From positions 768,001 through 832,000 of the forward strand of contig CBDHDG010000005.1 of assembly GCA_965261595.1 (NCBI GenBank): 64,000 nucleotides of DNA, read 5' to 3'. Of this stretch, positions 59,530-64,000 are shown piece after piece. The notes under the pieces are model-generated. The model saw only the letters and a list, made by a program, of their open reading frames with translations, searched no databases and was not told where the DNA came from. Positions within the stretch are counted from its first letter, which is position 1; every line of letters starts with the position of its first letter. A program made the position numbers and the translations under genes. Source of the DNA: a bacterium. GTDB taxonomy: Bacteria; UBA8248; JACPRG01; G963555815.

Positions 59530-59637
59530 GAATCACCACCCCGGTCAACAAGGGGGAGGGGGCCGGCAACGCGCCAAGCCCGCGGGCTTCCGGCGGCTCA
59601 GCCGCCGACCGAACGGTTGGTTCGGAAATCCTCCGCG

Positions 59638-60597
59638 TCATTTGAATTGCGGCATCACTTTCTCCGCGATGACCCGCAAAGACTCTTTGCACCTTTCCCA
59701 TGGGCAGAAGGCAAAGTGGAACTCTTCGACGCCGATGTCGATCCATTCCTGTATTCGGGCGGCGATCTTCTCGGGGGGGCCGATGAAAGAGTTGGTGTGC
59801 ATGAATTCCATGCCGATGTCCATTTGGTGATGCTCGACAAAATAGGACAGCGCCGGCTGGATGGCCGATTCGGCCCGCTTGACATCGTCATCGACGGCGC
59901 ACCACGCCTCGCAGATGAACCGGAAGCCGTTCAGGTCGCGGCCCTCTTTTTCAGCGGCCGAGCGAATGGCGGCTATCCCTTCCCGCATGTGGTCGAGGGT
60001 CGGCGCCCAGGGGCCCCAGCCGCATCCGATGCGCGCGGCGCGCTCCCAGGTTTTGCGAACCCCGCCCCCGAACCAGAGCCCGGGATAGGGCTTCTGGATG
60101 GGCTTGGGCTCCAGGGTGACGTTTTCCAGTTGGTAGAACTCCCCGTCATACGTCACGTTGTCCTCGGTCCAGAGGCGGATCATGACCTCCAGCGCTTCGT
60201 CATAAGCCCGGCCCCGGGTCTTGAACGCGTTGCCCGTGTTCTTGTAGTCCGGTTCGTACGCGCCGATGCCCACGCCCGTGTCCAACCGGCCGCCCGAAGC
60301 GCGGTCCAGCGTCGCGAGCGTTTTCGCCAACATGTAGGGATGGCGAAGGGGCACCAGAAGCACACCGGCGCCGAGATGAATTTTCGTGGTGACGGCCGCC
60401 AACTGGGATAGGGTGACGATGGGGTCATAGAGCCCCTTGTGGCCGAAAGCGGCGAGCCCTTCGGTGTAAATTGGGTGATCCGCGACCTGAAGCGTATCGT
60501 ACCCCAACGCCTCCGCTTCCTGGGCGGCTTCCTTCAGGTACTCCATCGTGATCGTGGGATATCCGAACGCCGGAAGAAAAACCCCGAACCTGGCCAC
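59638..60597 (-). CDS. LLM-class flavin/F420-dependent oxidoreductase
   Basis: AEALGYD...V.DH, DP...L..LAAVT..I.LG, RHP..LAK..ATLD..SGGRL, PKP.Q.P. Confidence 0.92.
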   Translation of the reverse strand: MARFGVFLPAFGYPTITMEYLKEAAQEAEALGYDTLQVADHPIYTEGLAAFGHKGLYDPIVTLSQLAAVTTKIHLGAGVLLVPLRHPYMLAKTLATLDRASGGRLDTGVGIGAYEPDYKNTGNAFKTRGRAYDEALEVMIRLWTEDNVTYDGEFYQLENVTLEPKPIQKPYPGLWFGGGVRKTWERAARIGCGWGPWAPTLDHMREGIAAIRSAAEKEGRDLNGFRFICEAWCAVDDDVKRAESAIQPALSYFVEHHQMDIGMEFMHTNSFIGPPEKIAARIQEWIDIGVEEFHFAFCPWERCKESLRVIAEKVMPQFK

Positions 60598-60845
60598 TTC
60601 TGAATTCCTCCATGAAGAATATGCACACACCGATTATTCGAAATCCGGTGTGTTCCCACTCGGCTCGCGGGACCACTTCGGACGTGCGGGGCGAACGTTA
60701 TCATTTTTTCAGGGGTTCGACAAGCGATGCGCGTCCCGGGGCGGGGATTGAAGCGTTCCTCGGGTTTCCTCTAGTATGGGGTAGTTCGATGCCGTCTCCC
60801 CGGTCGCGTCGAGCTTGGAAACTCTCATCGAGTGGAGCCACCGCC

Positions 60846-62147
60846 ATGGATCTTCTCATCCGGAATGCGCGTCTTCGAGACCGGACGGGTCTCGTTTGCG
60901 TCGGAATCCGAGACGGACGGATTGACCGGATTGCCCCGGACCTGCCGCCGGCCGGCCGGCGGGTCATCGACGCCGCCGGGTCGTTGACGACCCCCGCCTT
61001 TGTCGAACCCCACACCCATCTGGACAAGGCCCTCATCAGCGACCGGATGCCGCCCAACGTGAGCATGTCCTCGGAGGAGGCCCGAACAAACCTTCGGGAG
61101 GAGAAGCGCCGTTTCACCCTGGCGGACGTCGAGGAACGGGCGGGCCGGGTGCTCGGCTGGGCGCTCGGGGCTGGGGTGACGGGGATGCGGACCCACGTGG
61201 ACGTGGACACGGCCGCCGGCCTCACGGGGCTGGAGGGCGTCCTGGCGCTCAAGGAGAAGATGGCCGAATACGTGGACCTTCAGCTCGTCGCCATGCCCCA
61301 GCACGGCATTGACGCCGATCCCGGTACGGGGGAGCTGCTGGAGGAGGCCCTGCGGATGGGGGCGGATGTGATCGGCGGTTTCCCGGAAGAGGAGTTTCAT
61401 GAGGAAGCGGGCCGCCGCCACATCGATTTCATCTTCGACCTCGCCAAGCGGTTCGACCGGCCCATCGACATGCACATCGACATCCGTTACTCGCCGGAAG
61501 TCCGTTACCTTCACTACTACGCCCACAGGGCCCTCCAGGAGGGGTTCAGCGGCCGGGTCGCCGCGGGTCACGTGACCGCGCTGCCCTACTACGACCCCTA
61601 TCATGCCGCGCACGTCATCGAGGCGGTCAAGCGGGCGGAGATGAGCATCACCACCTGTCCGCCCACAACGATGATGCTGGGCGCGCGCCTGTATCCGGAG
61701 CCGAGGGGACGCGGGGTCACCCGGGTGAAGGAGTTCCTGCGGGCCGGCGTCAACATCACCTTCGCCCAAGACAACGTCCTGGATCCGTTCAACGAGAATT
61801 TCGGCGACGCCGACCCTCTGAAGAACGGTTTCCTGGCCGCCTACGCCGCCCAGCTCGGGAGCAAGGACGAGCTGGATGTTCTCTATGACATGGCGACGGA
61901 GAAGGCCGCGAAGGTCCTGGGTCTTCCGGACTACGGGATGGATCCCGGCTGCCGGGGGGACCTGGTCGTCACGCCTGTGACCTCCGCCCGGGACGCCTTC
62001 CGCCTCCAGCCCCCGAGACGGTTTGTGATTCGGCGGGGGAGCGTCATCGCCGAGTCGGAGGTGGACCGCCGCTTTGCGTGGGAGACGGCGGACGGCGCGG
62101 CCGATTTCTTCGGGGCGGTCGGGGCGTCCGCGGGGAGGGCCGTATGA
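60846..62147 (+). CDS. Cytosine/creatinine deaminase-like amidohydrolase
   Basis: FVEPHTHLDKA, RTHVDV, IDMHID, GHVTAL, RGVTRVKE....GVN....QDN..DPF. Confidence 0.9.
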   Translation: MDLLIRNARLRDRTGLVCVGIRDGRIDRIAPDLPPAGRRVIDAAGSLTTPAFVEPHTHLDKALISDRMPPNVSMSSEEARTNLREEKRRFTLADVEERAGRVLGWALGAGVTGMRTHVDVDTAAGLTGLEGVLALKEKMAEYVDLQLVAMPQHGIDADPGTGELLEEALRMGADVIGGFPEEEFHEEAGRRHIDFIFDLAKRFDRPIDMHIDIRYSPEVRYLHYYAHRALQEGFSGRVAAGHVTALPYYDPYHAAHVIEAVKRAEMSITTCPPTTMMLGARLYPEPRGRGVTRVKEFLRAGVNITFAQDNVLDPFNENFGDADPLKNGFLAAYAAQLGSKDELDVLYDMATEKAAKVLGLPDYGMDPGCRGDLVVTPVTSARDAFRLQPPRRFVIRRGSVIAESEVDRRFAWETADGAADFFGAVGASAGRAV

Positions 62148-63514
62148 TGGGGGGGGAGGGCAGAGATGAGATCCGGCGACGCGAGGAGAAAACTTTCTCG
62201 GAGCGGAACCCGGGCTCCAAATCCCTTTACGATCGGGCACGCGCGGCGCTGCCGGGAGGCAACACGCGCACGCTTACGTACTATGCGCCTTTCCCGCTGT
62301 ACATGGCGCGGGGAGAAGGTCCCAGACTCTGGGACGTGGACGGCAACGTCCGGATCGACCTGTTCAACAACGCGACATCTCTCGCGCACGGCCATGCGCA
62401 CCCGGACGTGGTCCGGGCGGTTCAGGAGGCCGCGGCGCTGGGGACGGCCTTCGCTTCGGCTACGGAGTGGGAAATCCGCTTGGCGGAAATGCTCATCGAG
62501 CGGCTTCCGTCGGCCGAGCGCGTTCGCTTCTGCAACAGCGGGACCGAGGCCAATATTTGCGCGGTACGGGCCATGCGGGCGTTCACCGGCAGGTCCAAGA
62601 TTGCCAAGTTTGAAGGGGGCTACCACGGCTCCTTCGATGATGTCACCATCAGCATCCACCCATCGGCGGAAGCGGCCGGGGACAGAAGGTTTCCCGATCC
62701 GGTTCCCGATTCCGAGGGCATTCCGCCCGAGGTGGTGGGGAACGTCGTGATCCTTCCCTTCAACGACATCGAAGCGATCGCCGAGCGTCTGAGGCCCCTG
62801 CGGGACGAGGTGGCGGGAATCCTCGTCGAGCCCCTGATGGGCGGAGCGGGCATGATCCCGCCGAAGCCGGGTTTTCTCCAGGACCTCCGGGACCTGACCC
62901 ATGAGCTGAAAATGGTCCTGATGTTCGACGAGGTGATGATGTTCCGGCTCTCCAGGTCCGGCGCGCAGGGCCTGTTCGGCGTGACGCCCGACCTGACCAG
63001 CCTGGGGAAGATCATCGGGGGAGGGCTGCCCGTCGGGGCGTTGTGCGGGCGTGAGGACATCATGGCCCTCTTCGACCCCTCTGAGGAGGGAGGGGGGGGG
63101 GTGCGGGTTCCTCACGCCGGGACGTTCAACGCCAACCCGGTGACCATGGCGGCCGGCGTGGCGACGCTGGAAAACCTGGATGACGCGGCCTTCGAGCAAA
63201 TGGCCTTCGACGGGGATTATCTGCGCCGGAACCTGATGGAGCTCATCCAATCCACCGGGGCGGCCGTGCAGGTGACGGGGGAGGCGTCCGTATTCAAGAT
63301 TCATTTTACGATGGAAGATCTCGTTGATTCCCGCTCGGCCCACACCAGCGACCGGGGGCTGGAGCGCCTTCTGTTTCTTTATGGGCTGAACCGGGGCGTG
63401 TTCACCAATACGCTTTCCCGGGGCTGCCTTTCGACGGTGACGCGCCAATCGGAGATCGACCCCTTCCTCGAAGTGGTGGAGGGGTTCTTGCGGGAGATCG
63501 CCAATTCAGCCTGA
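62144..63514 (+). CDS. Class III PLP aminotransferase (GSA aminomutase-like)
   Basis: LPGGNTR, FCNSGTEA, FEGGYHG, FDEV, LGKIIGGGLPVGA, GTFNANP. Confidence 0.92.
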   Translation: MMGGEGRDEIRRREEKTFSERNPGSKSLYDRARAALPGGNTRTLTYYAPFPLYMARGEGPRLWDVDGNVRIDLFNNATSLAHGHAHPDVVRAVQEAAALGTAFASATEWEIRLAEMLIERLPSAERVRFCNSGTEANICAVRAMRAFTGRSKIAKFEGGYHGSFDDVTISIHPSAEAAGDRRFPDPVPDSEGIPPEVVGNVVILPFNDIEAIAERLRPLRDEVAGILVEPLMGGAGMIPPKPGFLQDLRDLTHELKMVLMFDEVMMFRLSRSGAQGLFGVTPDLTSLGKIIGGGLPVGALCGREDIMALFDPSEEGGGGVRVPHAGTFNANPVTMAAGVATLENLDDAAFEQMAFDGDYLRRNLMELIQSTGAAVQVTGEASVFKIHFTMEDLVDSRSAHTSDRGLERLLFLYGLNRGVFTNTLSRGCLSTVTRQSEIDPFLEVVEGFLREIANSA

Positions 63515-63546
63515 GATTCAGGCGGGAATGAAGGGAGACTCAAGGC

Positions 63547-64000
63547 ATGGCCAGAAGCGCCCCCAGGACGAAAGTCATCCGGAACGCGCGCCTCCTCGAC
63601 GGGACCGGCGCGCCTCCCATCGACCGGGCGACGGTCGTCATCCGTGATGACACCATCCGGGCGGCGGGCCCGGCCCGGGAGGTGGACGCTCCCAAAACGG
63701 CTGAGGTCATCGACGCCCGGGGCAAGACGCTGATGCCCGGGTTGATCGACGCGCACCTCCATCTTTTCGGCATCCGGAATTACGAGTTTTTCGCCTGGTC
63801 CATGGAGTCCCCCGGGATGCACGCCATCCGGAGCGTCGATGAGGTGCGGCGCCTCCTGGAGGCCGGCTTCACGACGGTCTCCGATCTGGGGAGCGACAAT
63901 GCCCTGTTGATCAAGCAGGCCGTCGAGGAAGGAAGCATCGTCGGGCCCCGGGTGCGCGCTGTCGGGCGGTTCATGTGTCAGACGGGCGGCATCCCCGACC
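63547..64000 (+). CDS. Amidohydrolase-family protein (partial, runs off window)
   Basis: IRNARLLDGTG, IDARGKTLMPGLIDAHLH, AGFTTV.DLG, GPR. Confidence 0.9.
   Translation, partial: MARSAPRTKVIRNARLLDGTGAPPIDRATVVIRDDTIRAAGPAREVDAPKTAEVIDARGKTLMPGLIDAHLHLFGIRNYEFFAWSMESPGMHAIRSVDEVRRLLEAGFTTVSDLGSDNALLIKQAVEEGSIVGPRVRAVGRFMCQTGGIPD

Noticed and set aside
62144..63514. hemL assignment
   Set aside because: GSA-like fold, but catabolic context and the N-terminal motif (PGGNTR rather than PGGVNSPVR) point to a paralogue.

Overview
High-GC bacterial chromosome segment from a diderm organism (porin, Tat, AmgK-like kinase); the gene content is reminiscent of Nitrospinota/Tectomicrobia-like or deltaproteobacteria-like genomes (inference only). 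Layout: (1) 1-1 kb: end of a YgfZ/GcvT gene and a tRNA-Lys(TTT)/tRNA-Glu(TTC) pair. (2) 1-7.1 kb: wreck of an element integrated at tRNA-Glu (tyrosine integrase, excisionase-like HTH, DnaB-N/AAA replication protein), cut by two inverted near-identical IS3-family copies and a third IS. (3) 7.1-20 kb: catabolic region with two xanthine-dehydrogenase-family Mo subunits, an amidase, two UbiD decarboxylases, a 4,5-dihydroxyphthalate-decarboxylase-like gene and a broken solute-binding protein. (4) 20-56 kb: mostly housekeeping (FG-GAP protein, repeat-flanked porin, radical SAM, hisZ, purA, pyrF, tatC, thiE, rpsU, thiI, arcC, hpt) plus a GNAT/MshA-like/PIG-L operon. (5) 56-64 kb: Rieske oxygenase, ABC transporter, LLM oxidoreductase, amidohydrolases, aminotransferase. 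Many single-base frameshifts sit in homopolymers, suggesting long-read errors. The most striking item absent from the ORF track is a small ORF at 51669-51884 with two in-frame TGA codons followed by an fdhF-type SECIS-like hairpin: a candidate two-selenocysteine microprotein. No CRISPR array or rRNA seen.
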